This document shows, one piece after another, positions 39,476-49,771 of a DNA stretch of 64,000 nt. The position numbers were made by a program, and so were the translations under genes. This DNA comes from Pontiella sp. (lineage in GTDB: Bacteria > Verrucomicrobiota > Kiritimatiellia > Kiritimatiellales > Pontiellaceae), in assembly GCA_050290185.1 (NCBI GenBank), contig JBNKHE010000005.1, positions 96,001-160,000 of the forward strand, written 5' to 3'. Within the stretch, counting starts at the first letter, position 1, and each line of letters opens with the position of its first letter. Under the pieces are notes generated by a model that was not told the DNA's origin, did no database searches, and was given only the letters and a program-made list of their open reading frames with translations.

Positions 39476-40570
39476 ATGGGACGAAAATTAAATATAGGTG
39501 TAGCGTGCGGGGGGACCGGCGGGCATATTTTTCCGGGCCTTGCCACCGCCAATGTGCTACTGAAACGCGGTCATGATGTCACCTTATGGATGGCGGGCAA
39601 GGATGTTGAGCACGATGCCGTAAAAAGCTGGCCCGGCAATGTTATAACCATTCCTTCGGAGGGGTTTCAGTTCGGTATTTCCATGCGTAGCCTGCTGACG
39701 GTACAGAAGTTGTTCAAAGCCTATCGCCTGGCACTGGCACCCATGCGTAAAAACCGGCCCGATGCGATGCTGGCCATGGGCAGTTATGCTTCGTTCGGAC
39801 CGGTGAAAGCTGCGGATAAGCTGAAGGTTCCTTATGTTCTCCACGAAGCCAACCTCGTTCCCGGTCGAGCAGTTTCTTTGCTCGCCCGGAAAGCGCATAC
39901 GGTGGCGGTGAGCTTTGAGAAAACACGATACTACCTCAAGCACTCCAATATCGAAACAACCGGCATGCCTTTGCGTAAGGAACTTCAGGAGGCCAGCGCC
40001 CATCCGCGCGGCGAGCGGAAATCAGGAGAACCGCTTCGCATATTGATCGTTGGCGGCAGCCGCGGCGCCCGGATTCTCAATGAGATTGTCCCCTTGGCAA
40101 TTTCTTCGGTCCAAGGCAAGGGGGTAAATGTTGAGGTAGAACACATTGCGGGGCTTCAGGATAGTAGCGATGTAGAGCGGATGTATGCCGAAGCCGGCAT
40201 CAAGGCAAACGTTTCCCACTTTGTGCAGGACATGGCTAAGGTTTATTTGAAAAGTGATCTGGCCATCTGCCGCTCGGGAGCAGCAACATGTGCCGAGCTT
40301 GCGGCGTTCGCGGTGCCGGCGCTTCTGATTCCATATCCGTTCGCCGTTCGGGATCATCAGATGAGTAATGCGCGGATTCTGCAGGATTCCGGGGCCGCGG
40401 ATGTGGTCGCGCAGGAAGACCTTACGGCGACATGGCTGTGCGACTATCTGGTTAATGTTTCCGAAAATACGGAACGACTGGAGCGCATGGCAGTCGCCAT
40501 GAAAAAACGGGCGCAGACCAACGCCGCCGAACAGCTGGCCGACTTGCTTGAGCGTGTAGCGGGAGAATAG
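39476..40570 (+). CDS. murG: Undecaprenyl-PP-MurNAc-pentapeptide GlcNAc transferase
   Basis: GGTGGHIFPG, HEAN..PG, GGSRGA, CRSGA.T.AE, PYP.A..DHQ..NA. Confidence 0.96.
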   Translation: MGRKLNIGVACGGTGGHIFPGLATANVLLKRGHDVTLWMAGKDVEHDAVKSWPGNVITIPSEGFQFGISMRSLLTVQKLFKAYRLALAPMRKNRPDAMLAMGSYASFGPVKAADKLKVPYVLHEANLVPGRAVSLLARKAHTVAVSFEKTRYYLKHSNIETTGMPLRKELQEASAHPRGERKSGEPLRILIVGGSRGARILNEIVPLAISSVQGKGVNVEVEHIAGLQDSSDVERMYAEAGIKANVSHFVQDMAKVYLKSDLAICRSGAATCAELAAFAVPALLIPYPFAVRDHQMSNARILQDSGAADVVAQEDLTATWLCDYLVNVSENTERLERMAVAMKKRAQTNAAEQLADLLERVAGE

Positions 40571-40572
40571 CC

Positions 40573-41853
40573 ATGACTCCGGTCGATCAAGCCGAACAAT
40601 TGATCCAGCGCGGCGGCCACGTTCACCTTATGGGGATCGGCGGCATCGGCATGGCGGGGGTGGCCTGGCTCCTCAAGGAATGCGGCTTGAAGGTCTCGGG
40701 TTGTGATCTGCAATTCAACCGCCAAACGGAATGGCTGGCAAGAAACGGCATTTCAATTTCATTGAATCATGATCCAACACATGTTGCCGAAAAGGTTGAC
40801 TGGCTGGTTCGTTCAACCGCTGTGCCGGATTCCCATCCTGAAGTTCAGCAGGCAAAAGCACGGGGCATACCCGTTTCCCGGCGGGGCGAGGTTCTCCCCG
40901 CGCTTATGCGCGATCGTATCTGCATCGCCGTCAGCGGCACCCACGGAAAAACCACCACCACCGCCATAATTGCACAGGTGCTGGATTGTGGGTATTGTGT
41001 CGGGGGAGAGATCGCCGGCATCGAAGGTGTTGCCCGCGATGGTGAAATCATGGTGGTGGAAGCCGATGAATCCGATGGAACCGTGTCCGGCTACACGCCA
41101 GACTATGCCGTTATTACCAATATCGAATACGACCACATGGAACATCATGCTTCCGAAACCGCATTCATTTCGTGTTTCGAGACGCTGATCCATAGCACCA
41201 AGCAAAAAGTCTATTACCGTGCCGACGACCCTATCTCCAGCCGCATCTGCTCCGGCAATGACAAGTGCACCTTGTTTGAGTATCCGCCCGCCCCCCTCCA
41301 GTTGCCCTTGCCAGGCAGGCATAATCAATGGAATGCCGCGGCCGCCAAGGCGGTTGCGAGGAACTGGAAGAACGATGATGAGATCATCCGAGCGTTAAAA
41401 AACATCCATCCGGTCTGTCGACGGTTTGAGAGCGTTCACAAGGGTGGGGGAATCCACATTATCTCCGACTACGCACACCATCCGACAGAAATCGCAGCGC
41501 TAATCCAAACGGCGCAGGAGCTTGAACCTAAACGTCTGCTCGCGGTCTTTCAGCCACATCGCTATACAAGAACGCTCGCGCTAGGCCCCGATTTTCCTCC
41601 CAGCTTCGAAGGTTTGGATAAGCTCTGGTTAGTACCGGTCTATGCGGCATCTGAACCATCCATCCAAGGCGGCACCACCAAGGACTTGCTTGATCGCTTC
41701 CCTGATCGCTGGGGGGGCAATTTAACATACTGCGAATCCCTGCCGGAAGTCTGGGTCGAAATCCAAACCCATCTGCAGCCTGGCGACCTGCTGCTTATCA
41801 TCGGCGCCGGCGACATCGAGCAACTAGCCGAATGGGCAAAGACTATGCACTAA
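40573..41853 (+). CDS. murC: UDP-N-acetylmuramate--L-alanine ligase (compact)
   Basis: GIGGIGM, GTHGKTTT, EADESD, NIEYDH, DYAHHPTE, FQPHRYTRT. Confidence 0.93.
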   Translation: MTPVDQAEQLIQRGGHVHLMGIGGIGMAGVAWLLKECGLKVSGCDLQFNRQTEWLARNGISISLNHDPTHVAEKVDWLVRSTAVPDSHPEVQQAKARGIPVSRRGEVLPALMRDRICIAVSGTHGKTTTTAIIAQVLDCGYCVGGEIAGIEGVARDGEIMVVEADESDGTVSGYTPDYAVITNIEYDHMEHHASETAFISCFETLIHSTKQKVYYRADDPISSRICSGNDKCTLFEYPPAPLQLPLPGRHNQWNAAAAKAVARNWKNDDEIIRALKNIHPVCRRFESVHKGGGIHIISDYAHHPTEIAALIQTAQELEPKRLLAVFQPHRYTRTLALGPDFPPSFEGLDKLWLVPVYAASEPSIQGGTTKDLLDRFPDRWGGNLTYCESLPEVWVEIQTHLQPGDLLLIIGAGDIEQLAEWAKTMH

Positions 41854-42187
41854 GAGATGACTGCGAGTAATGGCTTATAGAATCCCGGCCGCTGCACCTC
41901 GACGATGGCGGAACGCTGGAATTGCGCATGCTGTTATTATACAGTCTGGTGCAGTGGAAGGCATTAAACATCATGCGCACAATATACCCATCCAGACTGA
42001 CGGCACTGCCGGAAACCTTCCGGTAACCGTTGATAATCTCCGCCACGGAATCCGCTTCCAACAATGATCCAGTCTCCCGGCTGAAGGCGGTCCTTTGATC
42101 TATCTTCATATTGCGATCAGAGCCTCTTGCAGGACACCGGCACTCACAGTACCATTCTTTCAAATCGTGCTAATAAGGGTGTGACCT

Positions 42188-43372
42188 ATGAAGTTTATTT
42201 ATTCATGGCGGTGGTTTGGTCCGAACGACCGGATTCGGCTGGAGGAGATCCGGCAGGCGGGTGCGACGGGCGTTGTTTCGGCGCTGCATCAGATTCCGGT
42301 GGGCGAGGTATGGTCCAAGGACGCCATTCTTGAGCGGAAACAAATGATCGAAGCCGCCGGATTGGAATGGGTGGTGGTTGAAAGCCTGCCGGTCAGTGAA
42401 GATATCAAGAAATGCAGCGGCGACTACCAACGGCATATCGAGAACTACAAGGTGTCGATCCGGAATCTGGCCGAATGCGGTCTCACGACCATCTGCTACA
42501 ATTTCATGCCCATCCTGGATTGGTCGCGCACCAACCTGAAGCTCGACTTTAAAGACGGCTCCTATACTTCGGAATTCCAACTGCATGTCTTTGCCGCTTT
42601 CGATCTATTCATGCTTAAACGAAGTGGGGCGGAGAAGGATTATCCACTCGAAGTGCTCGAGGAGGCACAGACGTTTTTTGAGCAACTCGATGCCGGAGGA
42701 AAAACAAAACTTCAGGAAACCATTCTCTATGGATTGCCGGGCTCCATGCAGACCTACACACCGGAAGAATTCCAGCAACTACTGGATTCCTATGCCGGTA
42801 TTGATCGCACGAAACTTAAAAGCCACTTGAGCTTGTTCTTAAACGAGGTGGTACCCGTAGCTGAGGCGTACAGCATAAAAATGGCGGTCCATCCCGACGA
42901 TCCGCCATGGAACCTGCTGGGGCTTCCGCGCATTGTCAGTAACGTTGACGATTTGATGGAGATCGTCGAAATGGTGGATTCGCCTTCAAACGGTGTGACC
43001 TTGTGCACCGGTTCGCTGGGGGGCGGACACTTCAACGATCTGCCCCGCATTGTCGAAGCCGTTGCACCGTCGATCCATTTCGTACATCTGCGTAACGTGG
43101 TCCGTGATGCGGGATTGAACTTCCAGGAAGAAGTCTTCTTCGAGGGCGATATTGATATGATCGCCGTGGTGAAGGCGTTGCTGAACGAAGGCAAGCGCCG
43201 GGGTGAAGCCGAAGGCCACGAATGGATCGTGCCTATTCGCCCTGATCACGGCCACCAGATACTGGATGACGTGGGTAGAGAAAACTATCCAGGCTACAGT
43301 CTATTCGGTCGAATGAAAAATCTGGCCGAGATTAAGGGGCTTACGCTGGGCCTGATGAGTTCAATCGATTAG
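42188..43372 (+). CDS. uxuA: Mannonate dehydratase
   Basis: WRWFGP.D, ALH.IP.GEVW, VVESLPV, CYNFMPILDW.RT, HPDDPP, LCTGSLG, RPDHGH. Confidence 0.96.
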   Translation: MKFIYSWRWFGPNDRIRLEEIRQAGATGVVSALHQIPVGEVWSKDAILERKQMIEAAGLEWVVVESLPVSEDIKKCSGDYQRHIENYKVSIRNLAECGLTTICYNFMPILDWSRTNLKLDFKDGSYTSEFQLHVFAAFDLFMLKRSGAEKDYPLEVLEEAQTFFEQLDAGGKTKLQETILYGLPGSMQTYTPEEFQQLLDSYAGIDRTKLKSHLSLFLNEVVPVAEAYSIKMAVHPDDPPWNLLGLPRIVSNVDDLMEIVEMVDSPSNGVTLCTGSLGGGHFNDLPRIVEAVAPSIHFVHLRNVVRDAGLNFQEEVFFEGDIDMIAVVKALLNEGKRRGEAEGHEWIVPIRPDHGHQILDDVGRENYPGYSLFGRMKNLAEIKGLTLGLMSSID

Positions 43373-43485
43373 CCCGCTTGTCAGATCCTGTCCACCGGAA
43401 CCAATGCTTCCGGATATTGTCGATGGATCAAGTTCGGGATTGCAATTCCGTCTGCATTTTTGAATTCTATGCAACTTTCTTTGGC

Positions 43486-43562
43486 GCCCCGGTAGCTCAG
43501 CTGGACAGAGCGACAGATTCCTAATCTGTAGGTCGGAGGTTCGAACCCTCTCCGGGGCACCA
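43486..43562 (+). tRNA. tRNA-Arg(CCT)
   Basis: GCCCCGG/CCGGGGC acceptor stem, D arm, anticodon arm ACAGA-TTCCTAA-TCTGT, GGTTCGAA T loop, encoded CCA. Confidence 0.97.
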
Positions 43563-43575
43563 CTTTTCTTTTCCC

Positions 43576-43606
43576 ATCCCCAATGACTTTCGTTGGGGAT
43601 TTTTTG
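43576..43606 (+). terminator. Rho-independent terminator after the tRNA
   Basis: ATCCCCAATG-ACTTT-CGTTGGGGAT followed by a T-run. Confidence 0.8.
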
Positions 43607-43659
43607 TTTTCGGCTCCCAACAGCATTTTCCTGCCTGTGTTCTGGGCCTTTCTGTCAAA

Positions 43660-43731
43660 AAACAGCAATAAACAGTTTGTAAAAAGGAATATGGATAGCT
43701 AAAAGAAAGCAATCAGAAAGCAATAAGAAAC
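43660..43731 (+). promoter_or_regulatory. Candidate DeoR operator (phased direct repeats)
   Basis: AGAAAGCAAT at 43704 and 43715 (11-nt period), a partial third unit, and AAACAGCAAT-AAACAG at 43660, all just upstream of the DeoR gene. Confidence 0.5.
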
Positions 43732-43751
43732 CCACAGGGCTAGTATAGACC

Positions 43752-44507
43752 ATGACTGTAAATGTTTCAGAACGCAGGGGAATGATACTCGAAGTGCTGG
43801 CGGAGGATGGAAATGTCAGTGTTTCCGAGCTTGCCAAGCGCCTTGGGGTCACGGTGGTTACGGCCCGTGCCGATCTGGCGTCGCTGGAAGAAGAAGGTTA
43901 TCTGGTTCGCACGCATGGCGGCGCGATGCCGGCTTATCATCCCAAGATTCTCGAGCGCATCCGCAAGGATAAGGATCTTAAATCCGCGATTGCCAAGGCC
44001 GCTGCCCATGAAATCCAGAGCGGCGATACGGTGATCATCAGTGCGGGAACCACCACCGCACTCATTGCCAAATACCTGCTGGGCAAGCGCGATATCCACA
44101 TCGTAACCAATAACACCCTGCTGCTTACCTACGCCCGCACCAATCCGCAGTTGCGCGTTACGCTGGTCGGTGGCGAATTCCGCGCGGCGGAAGAGGGCAA
44201 CATTGGACCCATGGCTTTGGCGGCGTTGGATCAGTTTCATGTGTCCAAGGCCTTCATCGGAATCGACGGGGCTTCCGTAAAGCAGGGCTTTACCGCCCAC
44301 TTTGTCGAAACCGCCGACCTCGTTCGCAAGATGGCCGAGCAGGCGGACGAGGTCATCGTTATTTCCGATTCATGCAAGTTCGGCAAGCCGGGCTTTGCCC
44401 GCATTCTGCCATTCGATGGCGTTGATTCGCTTGTTACCGACAAGGAACTCACGACCGAATTTGAAACCGAATTAACCAATGCCGATGTACGTATCATCAA
44501 GTCGTAA
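43752..44507 (+). CDS. DeoR/GlpR-family transcriptional regulator
   Basis: ERR..IL..L....VSVSELA..LGV...T.R.DL..LE..G...RTHGGA HTH; sugar-phosphate sensor domain (GTTT, TNN, GG.FR, DS.KFG). Confidence 0.95.
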   Translation: MTVNVSERRGMILEVLAEDGNVSVSELAKRLGVTVVTARADLASLEEEGYLVRTHGGAMPAYHPKILERIRKDKDLKSAIAKAAAHEIQSGDTVIISAGTTTALIAKYLLGKRDIHIVTNNTLLLTYARTNPQLRVTLVGGEFRAAEEGNIGPMALAALDQFHVSKAFIGIDGASVKQGFTAHFVETADLVRKMAEQADEVIVISDSCKFGKPGFARILPFDGVDSLVTDKELTTEFETELTNADVRIIKS

Positions 44508-44518
44508 AGGAGAACGTT

Positions 44519-45838
44519 ATGGCGACAGAAGTATTAATGCCGAGACAGGGACAATCCGTTGAGTCCTGCATCATCATTGAATGGAAAGTGAACGAAGGCG
44601 ACGTCGTCTCTGAGGGACAGGCACTCTGCGAGGTCGAAACCGACAAGGCCACCTTCGAAGTCGAAGCGACTGCTTCCGGAACCGTGCTCGGCATCTTTTA
44701 CCCCGCCGAAGCCGACGTTGAAGTGTTGAAAGTCATCGCCGCCATCGGTGAACCGGATGAAGACATTTCGGGACTGCGGCCCGAAATGACAGAGGTCAGC
44801 GAGCAGAAGTCTGAGGTTAGTGAAGCAGTAGAAGCGCCGAAACCGGAACCGGCTCCGGCCGCTGTCACGCCTCAATCATCAATCGTCACGTCTTCCGGCG
44901 CATCACCCCGCGCCAAGAGTTTGGCGGACAAGAAAGGCGTCGACCTTTCCTCCATCGCGGGCTCCGGTCCGGGCGGACGCGTGATTGAACGCGATGTGGA
45001 TGCCGCTCCCGCCGTAACCCCGGCAGCCGCGGCCAAGGCCGCTGCCACAGGTCTTTCCATTCCTGCGGTCGGAACCGGAATGGGCGGCCGCGTTGTGCCC
45101 GCCGATTTGGTTGCCGTTGCTTCCTTGGAATTTCCCGGCGCCGTCACCGAAATCCCGATCAAGGGAGTTCGCAAGGTTGTTGCCAGCCGCATGCTCGATT
45201 CCCTTCAGAACACCGCACAGCTCACTCTTAATTCTTCAGCCGATGCCCGTTCGATCCTGGAATACCGGGAAAAGTGCAAGGCTGCTCCGGAGGAATATGG
45301 GGTGGGTGGTATCAGCATCAATGATGCAGTTCTCTACGCCACGGTCAAAACACTGGCCGAGTTCCCCGAACTCAATACGCACTGGAAGGGCGACAAGATG
45401 GTTCAGTTCGGTAACGTCCATCTTGGGTTTGCCGTCGACACGCCGCGCGGTCTGATGGTTCCCGTCATCCGCTTTGCCAACTTGATGAGTCTCAAACAGC
45501 TGTCCGTCGAAGCCAAGCGACTGGCCAAAGCCTGCCTCGATGGCACCATTGATCCGGACTCCCTGACGGGAGGAACTTTCACGGTCACCAATCTCGGGGC
45601 CATGGGCATCGAAAGCTTTACCCCGGTACTGAACAAGCCGGAGGTCGGTATTCTCGGTGTTTGCACCATCCAGCCGAAACCGGTGATGAAAGGTTCCGAG
45701 GTCGAGTTCGTGCCGCACATGGGCCTCTCGTTGACCTTCGATCACTGCGCTGTAGACGGCGCGCCCGCCGCACGTTTCCTGTCCGTATTGCGGCAGAAAC
45801 TCGCGAATTTCATGTTTGAACTCACATCGGAAAAATAA
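44519..45838 (+). CDS. Dihydrolipoamide acyltransferase (E2)
   Basis: Lipoyl domain EVETDKA, E3-binding ASPRA...GSGPGGRV, catalytic TFTVTNLG, LTFDH.AVDGA. Confidence 0.95.
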   Translation: MATEVLMPRQGQSVESCIIIEWKVNEGDVVSEGQALCEVETDKATFEVEATASGTVLGIFYPAEADVEVLKVIAAIGEPDEDISGLRPEMTEVSEQKSEVSEAVEAPKPEPAPAAVTPQSSIVTSSGASPRAKSLADKKGVDLSSIAGSGPGGRVIERDVDAAPAVTPAAAAKAAATGLSIPAVGTGMGGRVVPADLVAVASLEFPGAVTEIPIKGVRKVVASRMLDSLQNTAQLTLNSSADARSILEYREKCKAAPEEYGVGGISINDAVLYATVKTLAEFPELNTHWKGDKMVQFGNVHLGFAVDTPRGLMVPVIRFANLMSLKQLSVEAKRLAKACLDGTIDPDSLTGGTFTVTNLGAMGIESFTPVLNKPEVGILGVCTIQPKPVMKGSEVEFVPHMGLSLTFDHCAVDGAPAARFLSVLRQKLANFMFELTSEK

Positions 45839-45841
45839 ACC

Positions 45842-47185
45842 ATGGTTTACGATATTATCATTATTGGAGCGGGGCCTGGCGGCTATGAAATGGCCGAGCG
45901 GGCAGGGCATAAGGGGCTGAAGGTGCTGCTGATTGAAAAGCAGTATCTCGGCGGCGTTTGTCTTAACTGGGGCTGCATCCCGACCAAGACCCTGCTCAAT
46001 TCCGCTAAACACTATGTTCATGCCAAGGAGGCGCCGGAGTTCGGGGTCAATGTTGGCGATGTCCAGTTCGACCTCGATAAGACGATGGCTTGGAAGCAGG
46101 ACGTGATCGAAACCTTGCGTGGCGGGGTTGCGGCCATGATGAAGAAAAACAAGGTCGAAGTCCTTTACGGCACGGCCAAGCTGATTGATTCACGCAAGAT
46201 CGAAGTCGACGGCACGGTATACGAAGGCAACAACGTCGTAATCGCCACCGGCGGCTCCCCGTTTATTCCGCCGATTCCCGGTGCCGACCAGCCGCACGTC
46301 ATGACCAGCAAGGAAATCCTGAGCGTTGATACGATGCCGAAGTCGTTGGCCGTGATCGGCGGCGGCGTGATCGGGATTGAATTCGCCAGCTTCTTTAGCA
46401 GTCTGGGCGTCAAGGTCGACGTGATTGAAATGCTGGATGAAATCATTCCGTTCATGGACAACGATCAGGCGGCCCAGTTCCGCAAGGCACTCAAGGGCAA
46501 GGTCGATTTCAATCTCGGATGTCGCGTTACAGCCATCGACGGCCATGACGTGAAGTTCACCACCAAATCGGGTGAGGAAAAGTCGATCAATGCCGACATT
46601 GTGCTGATGTCCGTTGGCCGCTCGCCGAACCTGTCCGGTATGGGCGTCGAAGAAGCCGGGCTTGATTTTGATCGTCGCGGCATCAAGACCGACGACCAGC
46701 AACGCACCAATCTACCGAACGTCTACGCCATCGGCGACGTTACCGGAAAATCACAGCTGGCTCACTCGGCCACCCGCATGGGCGAGGTGGCGCTCAATAC
46801 GATTCTCGGCAAGAAGGATCGTTTCCGCACCAACGCCATTCCGTGGGCGGTGTATTCGATGCCGGAAATCGCGGGCTGCGGCCTGACTGAAAAACAAGCG
46901 AAGGAGGCAGGGCATAATGTCAAGGCCGCCTCGTTGCCGCTCATCATGAGCGGACGCTTCCTTGCTGAAAACGGCAAGCGCGGTCCGGGTTCCGTCAAGG
47001 TGGTTGTCGATGCCGATACCCAGGCGCTGCTCGGCGTGCACATGTTCGGGGCCTATAGCTCGGAAATCATTTGGGGCGTCGCCGCCATGATCGAGTCCGG
47101 ACTCCGTGTCGAGGATGTCCAGGAAATCGTCTTCCCGCACCCGACGGTCGGGGAAGTTATTCGCAGTACGATGTTTCAGTTTTAA
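45842..47185 (+). CDS. lpdA: Dihydrolipoyl dehydrogenase (E3)
   Basis: [39 protein letters not shown]. Confidence 0.96.
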   Translation: MVYDIIIIGAGPGGYEMAERAGHKGLKVLLIEKQYLGGVCLNWGCIPTKTLLNSAKHYVHAKEAPEFGVNVGDVQFDLDKTMAWKQDVIETLRGGVAAMMKKNKVEVLYGTAKLIDSRKIEVDGTVYEGNNVVIATGGSPFIPPIPGADQPHVMTSKEILSVDTMPKSLAVIGGGVIGIEFASFFSSLGVKVDVIEMLDEIIPFMDNDQAAQFRKALKGKVDFNLGCRVTAIDGHDVKFTTKSGEEKSINADIVLMSVGRSPNLSGMGVEEAGLDFDRRGIKTDDQQRTNLPNVYAIGDVTGKSQLAHSATRMGEVALNTILGKKDRFRTNAIPWAVYSMPEIAGCGLTEKQAKEAGHNVKAASLPLIMSGRFLAENGKRGPGSVKVVVDADTQALLGVHMFGAYSSEIIWGVAAMIESGLRVEDVQEIVFPHPTVGEVIRSTMFQF

Positions 47186-47247
47186 TCAATCAGTCTGATC
47201 AGACGAACCCGACCGATCTGTCTGATCATTTTTTAAAGGAGCCAACC

Positions 47248-49701
47248 ATGCCAAAAGATCAAGTTATATGCCCAGAGGAAACCCGCAAGGCGGGGGAAAT
47301 AACCTTTAAGCCGATTCCGATCAACCAGTACAAATCGGACTACAAGAAGGAAGAGAAGAAGTACGGCAAGGAGCGTCTCGTCAAGATGTACTACGACATG
47401 CTCATGATCCGCGAATTCGAAACCATGCTGAACCAGATCAAGGTTCAAGGATCCTATGAAGGCATGGAATACAATCATCCGGGGCCGGCCCACTTGTCGA
47501 TTGGCCAGGAGGCCGCGGCGGTTGGTCAATCGGTCAATCTGGACACCGATGACTACATCTTCGGCTCGCACCGTTCGCATGGTGAAATTCTGGCCAAGTG
47601 CCTGTCCGCGATCTACCAACTCGACGACGCCAAGCTGAACAGCATCATGGAAGGGTTCTTTGATGGCGCTACGTTGAAGGTCGTAAAGGATGGCTCACAC
47701 GAGAGTGCCAAGGATTTGGCGGAAGACTTCATCCTTTACGGCACTCTGGCGGAAATCTTCGCCCGCGACACCGGCATCAACCGTGGCCTTGGCGGCTCAA
47801 TGCATGCCTTCTTCATTCCGTTCGGATCCATGCCGAACAACGCACTGGTGGGCGGTTCCGCGGACATTTCCGTCGGTTCGGCTATGAACAAGCTGATCAA
47901 CCGCAAGCCCGGCATCGTGATTGCAAACATCGGCGACGCCTCCATGGGCTGCGGCCCGGTCTATGAAGGCATCTGGATGGCGGCGATGGACCAATATGTC
48001 GAGCTGTGGGACAAAGAATTCGGCCATCCCCCGGTACTGATCAATATCATGAACAACCAGTATGGCATGGGGGGGCAGACGGTTGGCGAAACCATGAGCT
48101 ACAAATACGCGGCGCGTATCGGCGCGGGCATCAACTCCCATCAGATGCATGCGGAACGTGTCGACGGATACAATCCGCTGGCGGTGGCCGATGCCACCGA
48201 ACGCAAGAAAAAAGTTCTTCTCGAAGGTAAGGGGCCGGCTCTACTCGACATCGTTACCTACCGTATTTCCGGACACTCTCCATCCGATGCTTCGTCCTAT
48301 CGTTCCAAGGAAGAGATGGAGCTTTGGGAAGCACAGGATTGCGTTCGCACCTTCGGCGAATACCTCATCGAAAACGGCGCTCTCTCCGAAACGGATGCCG
48401 AAGCCTTGAAGGCCAAGGTTGTTGCCAAGGTCAGCAAAGCCATGAAGCTGGCGATCGATGAATCGGTTTCCCCGTATTCTGATGTCGGTCTGATCGAAAA
48501 GGTCATGTACTCCAACGGCAAGGTTGAGAAATTCGATGACCGCGAGCCGGAACTGCTGCAGAAGCTCGAAGACAACGATCGCGTTAAGCAGCTGAAGCGC
48601 AAAAAACGGTATGCGTTTGACGAAACCGGCCAGCCCTACAAGCCCAACCAGCTTTACACCTTCCGCGACGGCATTTTCGAAGCCATGGCCCACCGCTTTA
48701 CCGTGGACCCCTCCATGATTGCCTACGGCGAGGAAAACCGCGACTGGGGCGGGGCATTCGCCTGCTACCGCGGTTTGACGGAATTGCTGCCGTACCATCG
48801 CCTGTTCAACTCGCCGATTTCGGAAGGCGCGATTGTTGGAACCGCCTGCGGTTATGCCCTGAGCGGCGGCCGAGTGTGCGCCGAGCTGATGTATTGCGAT
48901 TTCATGGGCCGCGCCGGCGATGAAATCTTCAACCAGATCGCCAAGTGGCAGTCGATGTCCGCCGGCATCCTGAAAATGCCGCTGGTGCTCCGCGTTTCCG
49001 TGGGCAACAAGTATGGCGCGCAGCATTCGCAGGACTGGACCGCAATGGTCAACCATATCCCGGGCCTGAAGGTTTACTATCCGGCGACGACCTACGATGC
49101 CAAGGGCATGCTCAACCTGGCGCTGGCCGGAACCGATCCGGTGATCTTCTTCGAATCGCAGAAGACCTACGGCGTGGGCGAGCTGTTCGAAAAGGGCGGG
49201 GTGCCGGAAGGCTACTATGAAACGGAAGAGGGAGAGCCAGCGGTTCGTGTTCAGGGCAAAGACCTGACGCTCGTAACGCTCGGTCCGGTGCTCTACAGCG
49301 GCATGAAGGTGGTTGATGAAATGAAGGAAAAGTACGGCATGGAAGTCGAACTTATCGACCTGCGTTTCGTCGCGCCGCTCAACTACGACAAGATCGTCGA
49401 ATCCGTCAAGAAGACCGGTCGCATCGTGCTGGTCTCCGATGCGGTAGAGCGTGGTTCCGCGCTGCACAATATTGCATCGAACATCACGAACCTGTGCTTC
49501 GACTATCTCGATGCTCCGCCGGTGGTGATCGGTGCCAAGAACTGGATCTCTCCGGCCGCTGAAATGGAGAAGGATTACTTCCCGCAGTCCGAGTGGATCA
49601 TCGACGCGATCCACGAGCGCATCGTTCCGCTTCCAGGTCATGTGGTGAAGCACAACTATACCACTGGCGAAATGTTGCGCATTGCGCGGAAGGGTGTGTA
49701 A
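47248..49701 (+). CDS. Fused E1 alpha/beta ThDP-dependent dehydrogenase (acetoin/2-oxoacid dehydrogenase-like)
   Basis: [29 protein letters not shown]...NN ThDP motif, YR..GHS..D; beta part PISE.AI.G, EL.Y.DF, AQHSQ, ELIDLR. Confidence 0.93.
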   Translation: MPKDQVICPEETRKAGEITFKPIPINQYKSDYKKEEKKYGKERLVKMYYDMLMIREFETMLNQIKVQGSYEGMEYNHPGPAHLSIGQEAAAVGQSVNLDTDDYIFGSHRSHGEILAKCLSAIYQLDDAKLNSIMEGFFDGATLKVVKDGSHESAKDLAEDFILYGTLAEIFARDTGINRGLGGSMHAFFIPFGSMPNNALVGGSADISVGSAMNKLINRKPGIVIANIGDASMGCGPVYEGIWMAAMDQYVELWDKEFGHPPVLINIMNNQYGMGGQTVGETMSYKYAARIGAGINSHQMHAERVDGYNPLAVADATERKKKVLLEGKGPALLDIVTYRISGHSPSDASSYRSKEEMELWEAQDCVRTFGEYLIENGALSETDAEALKAKVVAKVSKAMKLAIDESVSPYSDVGLIEKVMYSNGKVEKFDDREPELLQKLEDNDRVKQLKRKKRYAFDETGQPYKPNQLYTFRDGIFEAMAHRFTVDPSMIAYGEENRDWGGAFACYRGLTELLPYHRLFNSPISEGAIVGTACGYALSGGRVCAELMYCDFMGRAGDEIFNQIAKWQSMSAGILKMPLVLRVSVGNKYGAQHSQDWTAMVNHIPGLKVYYPATTYDAKGMLNLALAGTDPVIFFESQKTYGVGELFEKGGVPEGYYETEEGEPAVRVQGKDLTLVTLGPVLYSGMKVVDEMKEKYGMEVELIDLRFVAPLNYDKIVESVKKTGRIVLVSDAVERGSALHNIASNITNLCFDYLDAPPVVIGAKNWISPAAEMEKDYFPQSEWIIDAIHERIVPLPGHVVKHNYTTGEMLRIARKGV

Positions 49702-49710
49702 AACTGACAA

Positions 49711-49754
49711 GTGACGATTGAGTCGTGACTCACGTTTTACGGCTCACTCGTCAC
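49711..49754. repeat. Imperfect palindromic element, copy 2 (after the E1 stop), inverted relative to copy 1
   Basis: GTGACGATTGAGTCGTGA-CTCACGTT-TTACGGCTCACTCGTCAC. Confidence 0.75.
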
Positions 49755-49771
49755 GAAACCAGAGGTTTTAT

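Noticed and set aside
41843..42163. Minus-strand ORF between murC and uxuA
   Set aside because: Possibly a frameshifted fragment, but no family is recognisable and confidence is too low to list.
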